NCBI GenBank assembly: GCA_036511815.1
Contig: DATCBP010000023.1
Coordinates: 4,001 to 68,000, forward strand
Source: Gaiellaceae bacterium
GTDB taxonomy: Bacteria > Actinomycetota > Thermoleophilia > Gaiellales > Gaiellaceae
Direction: 5' to 3'
Length of the DNA: 64,000 bases
Shown here: piece after piece, positions 8,249 through 16,700 of the stretch
How positions within the stretch are numbered: the first letter of the stretch is position 1
Layout: every line of letters begins with the position of its first letter
Translations under genes and position numbers: made by a program
Notes under the pieces: generated by a model
The model's database searches: none
What the model was told of the DNA's origin: nothing
Seen by the model: only the letters and a program-made list of their open reading frames with translations

Positions 8249-9333
8249 CCCGCATGCTCCGGCCGGTCGGCGCGGTTGGCGACGACGCGAATGTCGACGC
8301 CGGGGAGCTCGCGCACGAGCGCCGAGACGAGCGAGCCGCGCAGCACCTCTCGCCTGCGGCTCTCGTCGGGTGTGCCGACGAACACGTACGTCGTGCCGCG
8401 CTCGTAGACGACGCGGCGCACGCACGCGACGAGGTCGTCTCCTTCCTCCTCGAGGAAATGGGCGCCGAGCACGATCGCGAGCCGGCGCAGCGCGGCGAGC
8501 GACACCTGCTCCGCCTCGGAGAGCTGCTTGCCCGGATCGCGTACCCAGACCGCGTCGAGCTGCGCGCTGAGGCGCTCCGCCGAGCGCCAGGCGCGGCGCA
8601 GGATCCGCTGCGAACGGGGCTCGGGTGTCACGAGCGCGAGCACGCGCTCCGCCACCGCCTGCTGGCTGAGCGGGTCGAGCACGTTAGCCTGGCGGCGGGC
8701 CTCGACGTCCTCGGCCACCTCGCGCAGCGCGAGCTCCCGAAGGGCGGACAGCTTGTCGAGCCGGAAGAAGTTGTCGAGTGCGACACTCGCGCGCTCCTTC
8801 GGATAGATCTTGCCGGCCCGCAGCCGCTCGTGGAGCGCCTCCGGCGTCAGGTCGACGAGCACGACCTCGTCGGCTTCGTCGAGGATCCGGTCGGGGAACG
8901 TCTCGCGCACGCGCACGTCGGTGAGCTCCGAGATCGCGTCATTCAGGCTCTCGAGGTGCTGGACGTTGACGGTAGAGATCACGTCGATCCCGGCGTCGAG
9001 CACCTCGTCGATGTCCTGGTAACGCTTCTCGTTCCGCATCCCCGGCACGTTCGTGTGCGCGAGCTCGTCGATCAGCGCGAGCTCCGGCGCACGGCGGATC
9101 ACCGCGTCGACGTCCATCTCGTTCAGCTCGAGTGTCCCGTGCTGCGCGCTGAGATGCGGCACCTCTCCGAGACCCACCGCAAGCGCGGCCGTTTCGGGAC
9201 GATCGTGTGGCTCCAGGTAGCCGATCACGACGTCCCGGCCTTCTGCGTGCGCCTGCTGTCCCTCCTGGAGCATCCGGTAGGTCTTGCCGACCCCGGCGGC
9301 CATTCCGAGCAGAATCCGGTAGCGGCCTCTCAT
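8245..9333 (-). CDS. kdpD: KdpD N-terminal sensor domain + USP domain protein (no transmembrane or kinase part)
   Basis: 362 aa: ILLGMAAGVGKTYRML Walker-A-like motif, LALIDELAHTN, VISTVNVQHLESLND (KdpD N-domain hallmarks), then a USP-like half (VLALVTPEPRSQRILR...TYVFVG). It starts 13 nt after the kdpB stop. Confidence 0.85.
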   Translation of the reverse strand: MRGRYRILLGMAAGVGKTYRMLQEGQQAHAEGRDVVIGYLEPHDRPETAALAVGLGEVPHLSAQHGTLELNEMDVDAVIRRAPELALIDELAHTNVPGMRNEKRYQDIDEVLDAGIDVISTVNVQHLESLNDAISELTDVRVRETFPDRILDEADEVVLVDLTPEALHERLRAGKIYPKERASVALDNFFRLDKLSALRELALREVAEDVEARRQANVLDPLSQQAVAERVLALVTPEPRSQRILRRAWRSAERLSAQLDAVWVRDPGKQLSEAEQVSLAALRRLAIVLGAHFLEEEGDDLVACVRRVVYERGTTYVFVGTPDESRRREVLRGSLVSALVRELPGVDIRVVANRADRPEHAG

Positions 9334-9346
9334 CGGTCGATCGTCG

Positions 9347-11401
9347 CTATGCGCCGAGGAGGTTGTGCACGATCAGATCGATCAGCTTGATCCCGATGAA
9401 CGGGAGGATCACGCCGCCGGCCCCGTAGATCAGGAGGTTCCGCCGCAGGAGTGCCGTTGCGCCGATCGCGCGGTACCGAATGCCCTTCAGGGCGAGCGGG
9501 ATCAACGCGGGGATGATCACCGCGTTGAAGATGATCGCGGAGACGATCGCGCTCTTAGGGTCGCCGAGGTGCATGACGTTGAGCGAGTTCAACGGGCCGC
9601 GCTGGCCCGGCTTCGTCGCGTAGGTGAAGGCGAACATGGCCGGGAGGATCGCGAAGTACTTCGCGACGTCGTTGGCGATCGAGAACGTTGTCAGGGCACC
9701 GCGCGTGATCAGGAGCTGCTTGCCGACCTCGACGATCTCGATCAGCTTCGTCGGGTTCGAGTCGAGGTCGACCATGTTGCCGGCCTCTTTCGCAGCGGTG
9801 GTACCGGTGTTCATGGCGACGCCCACATCGGCCTGGGCGAGCGCAGGCGCATCGTTCGTCCCGTCCCCCGTCATCGCAACCATGCGTCCCTTGCCCTGCT
9901 CCTCCTTGATCAGCGCCATCTTCGTCTCCGGCGTCGCCTCGGCGAGGAAATCGTCGACGCCCGCCTCCTCGGCAATCACGGCCGCCGTGACGCGGTTGTC
10001 GCCTGTGATCATCACGGTGCGGATGCCCATCTTGCGCAGCTCGTCGAAGCGCTCTCGCATGCCGCCCTTGACGATGTCCTTCAGGTGCACGACGCCGAGC
10101 GCCCAGTTGTCGCGCGAGACGACGAGCGGCGTGCCGCCCTGCTCGGCGACGCTTTGCACGATCCGGTCGAGCTCCGCAGGCGCGTTCCCGCCCTGCTCGG
10201 AGATGAACTGCTTGACCGCGTCGGCGGCACCCTTGCGAATCAGCGTCCCATTCATGTTCACGCCGCTCATGCGCGTCGTCGCGCTGAACGGGATGAACTC
10301 GTGCTCGCCCAACTCACGTTCGCGGAGGTTGAAGCGCTCCTTCGCGAGCACGACGATCGAGCGGCCCTCCGGGGTCTCGTCGGCGAGCGACGCGAGCTGC
10401 GCCACCTCGGCGAGCTCGCGCTCCTCGACGCCGCTGACCGGCAGGAACTCTGCCGCCTGGCGGTTGCCGAGCGTGATCGTGCCGGTCTTGTCGAGCAGCA
10501 GGACGTCGACGTCTCCGGAGGCTTCTACCGCGCGACCGGACATGGCGAGCACGTTGCGCTGCACGAGCCTGTCCATCCCGGCGATGCCGATCGCCGAGAG
10601 CAGCGCACCGATCGTCGTCGGGATGAGCGCGACGAGCAGCGCGATGAGGACGGTCTGCGAGGTTGCCGTACCGGCGTAGATCGCGAACGGGCGCAGCGTT
10701 ACGACCGCTGCCAGGAAGGTGATCGTCAGGCCTGCGAGCAGGATGTTGAGCGCGATCTCGTTCGGCGTCTTGCGCCGCTCGGCGCCCTCGACGAGCGCGA
10801 TCATGCGGTCGAGGAACGACTTGCCCGGCTCCTGGGTCACCTCGATCACGAGCTGGTCCGACAGCAGCTTGGTGCCGCCTGTGACGGCCGACCGGTCACC
10901 GCCCGACTCACGGATCACCGGCGCGGACTCGCCGGTGATCGCCGACTCGTCCACCGATCCGACCCCCTCGATGATCTCGCCGTCGGCCGGGATGATCATT
11001 CCCGCGTCGACGACGATGACGTCGCCCTTCTGAAGATCGGCCGCCGCCACCTCTTCGGTCCGGCCGCCGTCGATCCGGCGGAACGCGGTCGTGGTCGTCC
11101 GCGTCGCGCGCAGTGCGTCTGCCTGTGCCTTGCCGCGCCCTTCCGCGATCGCCTCGGCGAAGTTCGCGAAGAGCACGGTCAGCCAGAGCCAGATCGAGAT
11201 GACGCCGACGAACCAGAGCGACCCGTGGTGCCCGCGCGCCAGGTCGAGGAAGAAGACCGCCGTCGTGATGACGCTGCCGAGCTCGACGATGAACATCACC
11301 GGGTTCCTGAGCTGGTTGCGGGGGTCGAGCTTCGGGAACGAGTCGCGAACCGCCGCGAGCGTGAGCTCGCGCGAGAAGACGCTTGCGCTCTGGCGCGCCA
11401 T
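9347..11401 (-). CDS. kdpB: K+-transporting P-type ATPase subunit B
   Basis: 684 aa, near-collinear with E. coli KdpB as recalled. [11 protein letters not shown] phosphorylation motif, [25 protein letters not shown]. Confidence 0.97.
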   Translation of the reverse strand: MARQSASVFSRELTLAAVRDSFPKLDPRNQLRNPVMFIVELGSVITTAVFFLDLARGHHGSLWFVGVISIWLWLTVLFANFAEAIAEGRGKAQADALRATRTTTTAFRRIDGGRTEEVAAADLQKGDVIVVDAGMIIPADGEIIEGVGSVDESAITGESAPVIRESGGDRSAVTGGTKLLSDQLVIEVTQEPGKSFLDRMIALVEGAERRKTPNEIALNILLAGLTITFLAAVVTLRPFAIYAGTATSQTVLIALLVALIPTTIGALLSAIGIAGMDRLVQRNVLAMSGRAVEASGDVDVLLLDKTGTITLGNRQAAEFLPVSGVEERELAEVAQLASLADETPEGRSIVVLAKERFNLRERELGEHEFIPFSATTRMSGVNMNGTLIRKGAADAVKQFISEQGGNAPAELDRIVQSVAEQGGTPLVVSRDNWALGVVHLKDIVKGGMRERFDELRKMGIRTVMITGDNRVTAAVIAEEAGVDDFLAEATPETKMALIKEEQGKGRMVAMTGDGTNDAPALAQADVGVAMNTGTTAAKEAGNMVDLDSNPTKLIEIVEVGKQLLITRGALTTFSIANDVAKYFAILPAMFAFTYATKPGQRGPLNSLNVMHLGDPKSAIVSAIIFNAVIIPALIPLALKGIRYRAIGATALLRRNLLIYGAGGVILPFIGIKLIDLIVHNLLGA

Positions 11402-11992
11402 CTACTTGCCTCCCAGCTTGTCGAGAGCGAGATTGAGTTTGAGGACGTTGACGCCGGGCTCGCCGAAGAATCCGAGCCAGCGGCCGTCCGTATTCTGTGA
11501 GATCAGCTTCTGCACCGTCGCGAGCGGCAGATGACGCACCGCCGCGATCCTGTGGGCCTGGAGCTGCGCGTACGCCGGGGAGATGTCCGGATCGATTCCG
11601 GACGCCGAGGTCGTCACGGCGTCGACGGGGATGTCGTGGATCGTCAGGCCGGGGTTGTACGGGCCCTCGAGCTTGAGAATCGCCTGCGCGTTCTGCGAGA
11701 CGAGCTTCGCAAGCGCCGGGTTCGTCGGGCCGAGGTTCGCGAACGTCGTTCCCGCCGCGTTGTAGGCCGGCGACGTCGCCGACGGCCGCTCGTGGAAGTA
11801 GAGCTTCCCGGTGAATTGCTGCGCCGCAAGCGAGGAGCCCACTGCCTTGCCGTCCTTATGGATGAGGCTGCCCTGCGCGTGGCTGGGGAATGTGACCGAT
11901 GCGAAGCCGGTCAACACGACCGGGTACGCCAGGCCGAAGAAGAGCGTCATCACGACCACCGCGACGACGGAACCGCCAACTACACGCGCCAT
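11402..11992 (-). CDS. kdpC: K+-transporting ATPase subunit C
   Basis: 196 aa. GSLI..DG...GS.L.AQ.FTG..YFH.RPSAT and VNVLKLNLALDKL match the KdpC signature. The start overlaps the kdpA stop (TGATG). Confidence 0.95.
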   Translation of the reverse strand: MARVVGGSVVAVVVMTLFFGLAYPVVLTGFASVTFPSHAQGSLIHKDGKAVGSSLAAQQFTGKLYFHERPSATSPAYNAAGTTFANLGPTNPALAKLVSQNAQAILKLEGPYNPGLTIHDIPVDAVTTSASGIDPDISPAYAQLQAHRIAAVRHLPLATVQKLISQNTDGRWLGFFGEPGVNVLKLNLALDKLGGK

Positions 11993-13704
11993 CAGTGCAT
12001 CAACCCCTCGACGATCGGGCCGAGCGTGAGAGCAGGAAGCACCATCAGCCCAGCGGTGAGCAGGATCATGCCGACCACCAGCACCGAGAACGTCGGTCCG
12101 TCGGTGCGGAACGTGCCGGCAGAAGCGGGAACTTGCTTCTTCAAGGCGAGCGAACCGCCGAGTGCAAGCGCGGCCAGAAGCGGCACGAACCGTCCGAAGA
12201 GCATGTCGATCGTGCCCATGTACGCGGAGAAGCTCGTAGCACCGTAGCCGGCCATGGCGCTGCCGTTGTTGCCGACCTGTGACGTGTAGGCGTAGAGGGC
12301 TTCGGTGAAGCCGTGCGGGCCCGGGTTGTAGATCGACGCGAGCCCTGCGTGCGTCACCATCGCAGCGGCGGTAAGCGTGAGAGCGAGCGTGCCCGGGAAC
12401 AGCGCGCCGAGCGCCGCGATCTTTACCTCACGTGCTTCGATCTTCTTGCCCAGGTACTCAGGTGTTCGCCCCACCATCAGGCCCGCGACGAAGACTGCGA
12501 GCACGATGATGAAGATGATTCCGTACATACCGGAGCCGACTCCGCCGAAGATGATCTCGCCGAGGAAGATGTTCACGAGCGGCACCGCGCCGCCCGCAGG
12601 CGTCATCGCATCGTGGCCCGCGATCACCGCGCCGGTCGACGTCATCGTCGTGCCGGTCGCGAAGACGGCCGTTTCGGCGATGCCGTAACGGACCTCCTTG
12701 TCGGCCATGTTGCCGCCGGTCTGGCCGTGCCCCTGCGTGATGTTCACACCAGAGTTGCGCAGCACCGACGAGCCATGCTGCTCGGCGACGTAGTTGATCC
12801 CGACGCCGACCGCGAAGAGCGTGAACATCGCCGCGAAGATCGCGAGCGCGTTTCGCATCTTTCCGATCATCCGGCCGAACATGAACACCGACGAGAACGG
12901 GATCAACAGCTCGAGGAACAGCTCGAAGTAGCCGCCGAAGCTCCCGGGAGACTCGAACGGGACGGCGGAGTTCGAGTTGTAGAAGCCGCCGCCGTTCGTG
13001 CCGAGATGCTTGATCGCAACCTGCGAGGCGACGGGTCCGCGGGCGATGGTCTGGTGGCCGCCCTGAACGGTCGTCACCTGCGCGTAATGGTGGAACGTCT
13101 GCGGCACGCCCGCCGCGATCAGGATGACCGCACCGATGGTTGCGATCGGCAGGAGGATGTAGACGAGCGACCGGTAGAGATCGCGCCAGAAGTTGCCGAG
13201 CTCCCCCGACGAGCGGCGGATGAAGCCGCGGAAGACCGCGACCATCACGGCCATACCGACCGCGGCCGAGACGAAGTTCTGCACGGCAAGCGCGGCCATC
13301 TGCGACAGGAACGACATCGTCGACTCGCCCGCGTAGTACTGCCAGTTCGTGTTGGTGAGGAAGCTGGCCGCCGTGTTGAGCGAGATGAACGAGGGCACCG
13401 CCGGGAAGTGCTGCGGATTCAGGAAGAGATGCGCCTGGAGCCGCTGGATCGCGTACACGACGAAGACGAAGACGAAGCTGAAGACGAGCAAGGTGGTCGC
13501 GTACACCTTCCACGTCATCTCGCGCGCCGCACGGTCGCCGACGATCCGGTGGAAGCCGCGCTCGACGCTGCCGAGGAAGCGGAGCCGGCCGCGGCGCAGG
13601 AAGTCGTCGTCGGTGTAGACGCGAGCCATGTAGCGGCTCAGCGGATAGGCCGCCGCGATCAGGATCGCGACGAAGACAACGATCTGCAATGTCCCGTGGA
13701 CCAT
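11992..13704 (-). CDS. kdpA: K+-transporting ATPase subunit A
   Basis: 570 aa polytopic protein. NTNWQYYAGESTMSFLSQM and TNGGGFYNSNSAVPFE selectivity-filter-like motifs typical of KdpA. Confidence 0.97.
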   Translation of the reverse strand: MVHGTLQIVVFVAILIAAAYPLSRYMARVYTDDDFLRRGRLRFLGSVERGFHRIVGDRAAREMTWKVYATTLLVFSFVFVFVVYAIQRLQAHLFLNPQHFPAVPSFISLNTAASFLTNTNWQYYAGESTMSFLSQMAALAVQNFVSAAVGMAVMVAVFRGFIRRSSGELGNFWRDLYRSLVYILLPIATIGAVILIAAGVPQTFHHYAQVTTVQGGHQTIARGPVASQVAIKHLGTNGGGFYNSNSAVPFESPGSFGGYFELFLELLIPFSSVFMFGRMIGKMRNALAIFAAMFTLFAVGVGINYVAEQHGSSVLRNSGVNITQGHGQTGGNMADKEVRYGIAETAVFATGTTMTSTGAVIAGHDAMTPAGGAVPLVNIFLGEIIFGGVGSGMYGIIFIIVLAVFVAGLMVGRTPEYLGKKIEAREVKIAALGALFPGTLALTLTAAAMVTHAGLASIYNPGPHGFTEALYAYTSQVGNNGSAMAGYGATSFSAYMGTIDMLFGRFVPLLAALALGGSLALKKQVPASAGTFRTDGPTFSVLVVGMILLTAGLMVLPALTLGPIVEGLMH

Positions 13705-13794
13705 CTAGAACCGCTCCCCGCGGAACAGCGCGTACACGAGGTAGACGAGCACGGCGAGCGAGATGGCGAGACCGAAAGCGTCTGCGGCCGACAT
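13705..13794 (-). CDS. kdpF: K+-transporting ATPase subunit F
   Basis: 29 aa, MSAADAFGLAISLAVLVYLVYALFRGERF. Same length and YLVYAL core as E. coli KdpF. Its stop abuts the kdpA ATG. Confidence 0.85.
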   Translation of the reverse strand: MSAADAFGLAISLAVLVYLVYALFRGERF

Positions 13795-13877
13795 CAGATC
13801 CGCCCCAGTGCCCAGAGCAAGCCGAAGATGCAGGCGAACGAGGCCACCAGCACAGCAATCGCAGCGAGGTCGTACAT
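13794..13877 (-). CDS. 27-aa hydrophobic peptide immediately upstream of kdpF
   Basis: Own translation: MYDLAAIAVLVASFACIFGLLWALGRI. A GGAGG lies 10 nt upstream. Both of its ends are 1-nt TGATG overlaps, with the 201-aa ORF upstream and kdpF downstream. Confidence 0.45.
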   Translation of the reverse strand: MYDLAAIAVLVASFACIFGLLWALGRI

Positions 13878-14482
13878 CAGTGACACACCTCCAGGGCGTC
13901 GAGGACGGCACGGAGCTCCGCGCCGATGTCGCGGCGCCGCTCGTCGAAGTAGGGCTGGGTGTAAAGGACGCTGCCGGGCTCCGTCAGCAGCCCCCAGACA
14001 GCGAGAATCCCTGCCGCGGAGACCGGGCGCTCGAGGTCGTCGAGGCGGTCTGCGAGAGCGACCAGCTCCGCGCGATAGGGACGAAGCGCGGCCCGGTTCA
14101 GCGGCGACGCGCCGGGCAGCCGGCTGATCGCGAGATCGGGAACGATCCCGCGCACGGAGCGGCCGAGCTGCCGGCGCTCGCGCGCTGAGGTCAGCTCGTC
14201 GATACGCCAGGTGTAGCGTGAAGCTTTGGAGTTCTCGTACCCGCGCGCGATCCACTTGTCGGCCGAGGCGCGGAGCCGTCGCCGGTCATCCCACCGGTTG
14301 ACTGCGAGGAAGACCCCAAGCAGCGCAAGCGAGATCGGGGTGACGAGCATCGTGGCGCCGCGAAGCCCCGAAAGAGCCTCGAGACCGAGGAGCGCAGCCG
14401 AGCCGGCGACGCACGCCGCCAGTGGCGTGGACGGCAGGCTTTCCGGCCGCTCGTGCCGCACGGCATGGTGCATAACGTCCAT
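13877..14482 (-). CDS. hypothetical membrane protein, first gene of the kdp structural transcript
   Basis: 201 aa. Two hydrophobic segments (PLAACVAGSAALLGLEAL; MLVTPISLALLGVFLAV), then an Arg-rich soluble domain. Codon bias is consistent with coding. No family recognised. Confidence 0.6.
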   Translation of the reverse strand: MDVMHHAVRHERPESLPSTPLAACVAGSAALLGLEALSGLRGATMLVTPISLALLGVFLAVNRWDDRRRLRASADKWIARGYENSKASRYTWRIDELTSARERRQLGRSVRGIVPDLAISRLPGASPLNRAALRPYRAELVALADRLDDLERPVSAAGILAVWGLLTEPGSVLYTQPYFDERRRDIGAELRAVLDALEVCH

Positions 14483-14489
14483 GCCGCCA

Positions 14490-14554
14490 AAGCTAGAACT
14501 GCGCCCGTCAACGGCCTCTGAAAGTTGCCACGGCCGCTCTTAAAGTTCTCTTAA
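14490..14554 (-). promoter_or_regulatory. candidate KdpE operator (three TT[A/C]AGAG direct repeats) plus a -10-like TAGCTT for a leaderless kdp transcript
   Basis: Minus-strand TTAAGAG at 14548-14554 and 14537-14543, and TTCAGAG at 14516-14522. The spacings are 11 and 21 bp, in a locally AT-rich stretch. TAGCTT (14490-14495) ends 7 nt before the ATG at 14482. Confidence 0.35.
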
Positions 14555-15246
14555 GGCTCCTGCGGGTCCGGATCGACGAGCCGGTAGCCGGCGCCCGCCT
14601 CGGTCAGGAGATAGCGGGGTCGCGAAGGGTCCCGCTCGATTTTCCGACGCAAATGCGAGACGTACACATGGAGGTAGTGCGCCTCGACCTTGTATGCCGG
14701 CCCCCAGACCTCACGAAGAAGCGCGCGATGCGTGAGCAACTTCCCCCGGTTCTGCGCGAGCACGCGCAGGAGGTCGAACTCGTGCGGACTCAGCTTCACG
14801 CGGTCGCCGGCGACGGTGACGACGCGGTCGGGAACGTCGATGCGCAGGTCTCCGACCTCGATCAGGGGCTCCTGGCTCGGCGTCCGGCGGCGCAGCACGG
14901 CGCGCAGGCGCGCGAGCAGCTCGTCGACGCTGAACGGCTTCGTCACGTAGTCGTCGGCGCCGGCGTCGAGCGCCGCGATCTTCTCGCGCTCCTCGCCCAC
15001 CGCCGAGAGCACGATCACCGGCGCGTCACTCCACGTCCGCAGTTCGCGGCACACGTCGGTGCCGTTCCCGTCCGGGAGCACCAGGTCGAGGATCACCGCC
15101 TCGGGCGGATGGGCGGCGGCCGCCGTGAGCGCCTCCCCCGCCGTCGCGGCCGAGTCGACGGTGAAGCCGGCGCCGCGTAGCGTGGCCCGCAGCGCGCGCA
15201 GGATCTGCGGCTCGTCGTCGACAACGAGGATGCGCTGGCCGCTCAT
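14551..15246 (-). CDS. kdpE: OmpR-family response regulator KdpE
   Basis: 231 aa, ILVVDDEPQI receiver domain, winged-helix C-terminus (THRALLREVWGP...LHVYVSHLRRKIE). ATGA overlap with the upstream kinase. Confidence 0.9.
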   Translation of the reverse strand: MSGQRILVVDDEPQILRALRATLRGAGFTVDSAATAGEALTAAAAHPPEAVILDLVLPDGNGTDVCRELRTWSDAPVIVLSAVGEEREKIAALDAGADDYVTKPFSVDELLARLRAVLRRRTPSQEPLIEVGDLRIDVPDRVVTVAGDRVKLSPHEFDLLRVLAQNRGKLLTHRALLREVWGPAYKVEAHYLHVYVSHLRRKIERDPSRPRYLLTEAGAGYRLVDPDPQEP

Positions 15247-16691
15247 GTCCGCAGCTCCGCTGGCACCTCGACGACAGGCAGGGCGAGCGCGAACGTCGCG
15301 CCCTGCTCGGGCCGCGACTCCGCCCAGACCCGGCCGCCGTTCGCCGCCGCGAACCCGCGCGCGATCGCCAGCCCGAGCCCGGCACCCTGCGGCGCATCGT
15401 TGAAACGACGGTAGAAAGGCTCGAACACGCGCTCAAGCTCGTCCTCGTCGAGGCCCGGCCCCTGGTCGACGACACGCACGATCGCCTCCTTGCGCGTCGC
15501 GGTGATGCGCACGACCACGCGGCCGTCCGGCGGCGAGAACTTGAGTGCGTTCTCGATCAGGTTCGCGAGCACGCGCTGGATCTGGGCGCCGTCTGCGTTG
15601 ACGAGCGGCGCCTCGCCCACGACCTCGACCCGGTCGCGCGCTCCGAGCGACTCGACCGCCTCGCGCGCAAGATCGTCAAGCGACCACAGCTCCTGATCGG
15701 GAGCCGCGGCACCCGCCTCGAGCCGTGAGAGGTCGAGCAGATCGCCGACGAGCTTGCTCAGACGGCCGGAGTCGATCTCGATCGTGTCGAGCAGCTCGGT
15801 CCGGTCCTCGTCGCTCAGCTGGAGGGTCGGATTCCGCAGCGCCCCCACGGCCGTGCTGATGCCGGTCAGCGGCGAGCGGAGGTCGTGAGAGACCGCGCGC
15901 AACAGGGCGGTCTTGACGAGGTCGCTGCGCCGCAGCGTTTCGGCCTCGAGGGCGTCGCGCTCGAGGCGGTCGCGATCGACGGCCACGGCGAGCAGCGCTG
16001 AGAGCGCCGGCAGGAACCGGTGCCAGGCTGCGCCGTTCGCCTCGCCGCCCTCGGGCGTGTACAGCGTGCCCACGGAGCGGTCGGCCACCTCGAGCGGGTG
16101 CGGTGCGCGCCCGGGCGGCGGCCGGTGCGAAGGGCCGAGCTCGATCTCCGCCGAGTCGACGCCGAGGACCGCCGCCGCGCGTGTCGCGATCTCGTCGAGC
16201 TCCTCGTCGAGCCCACGCCCACGCAGCAGCTCCGTGGCAAGCTCGGCCAGAAGCGCAGACTCGCGCTCCCGCTGCTCGGCCGTGGCCGCCCGCCGCCGGG
16301 CGCGTGCCGCGAGCTCGCTGACCACGACCGCGGTCGCGAAGTAGACCGCCAGCGCGAACCAGTTCTCGCTGTCGGCGAGCGTGAACGTGTGGACGGGCGG
16401 CAGATGGAACCAGTTGAAGGCGAGCATGCTCGCGATCGAAACGGTGAGCGCAAGCGGAAGCCCGTACGCGACCGCGATCGGGAGGACCGCGAAGACGTAG
16501 AGCACGCCGAGGCTCAGCACGGGGACGTACGGCTTGACGCCCTCGATCACCGCCGTCACGACCGCGACCGAGGCCGCACTCGCCAGGAGCGCGATCGCGA
16601 GCCGGCGCGGGTTCCGGTAGATGCTCACGCCGAGAACGCTACTCCTGGGGGCGTACGAGGGACGGGAGATCGCCTCCCGTCCCTCGAGCAC
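15243..16691 (-). CDS. kdpD: KdpD-type histidine kinase, membrane + transmitter half only (lacks the KdpD-N and USP domains)
   Basis: 482 aa. N-terminal 4-helix membrane region (DUF4118-like), HisKA H-box SHDLRSPL, N-box NLIENALKF, G-boxes DQGPGL and GAGLGLAI. The start (GTG 16691) is uncertain. Confidence 0.85.
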   Translation of the reverse strand: MLEGREAISRPSYAPRSSVLGVSIYRNPRRLAIALLASAASVAVVTAVIEGVKPYVPVLSLGVLYVFAVLPIAVAYGLPLALTVSIASMLAFNWFHLPPVHTFTLADSENWFALAVYFATAVVVSELAARARRRAATAEQRERESALLAELATELLRGRGLDEELDEIATRAAAVLGVDSAEIELGPSHRPPPGRAPHPLEVADRSVGTLYTPEGGEANGAAWHRFLPALSALLAVAVDRDRLERDALEAETLRRSDLVKTALLRAVSHDLRSPLTGISTAVGALRNPTLQLSDEDRTELLDTIEIDSGRLSKLVGDLLDLSRLEAGAAAPDQELWSLDDLAREAVESLGARDRVEVVGEAPLVNADGAQIQRVLANLIENALKFSPPDGRVVVRITATRKEAIVRVVDQGPGLDEDELERVFEPFYRRFNDAPQGAGLGLAIARGFAAANGGRVWAESRPEQGATFALALPVVEVPAELRT

Positions 16692-16700
16692 GTCGCGGCG

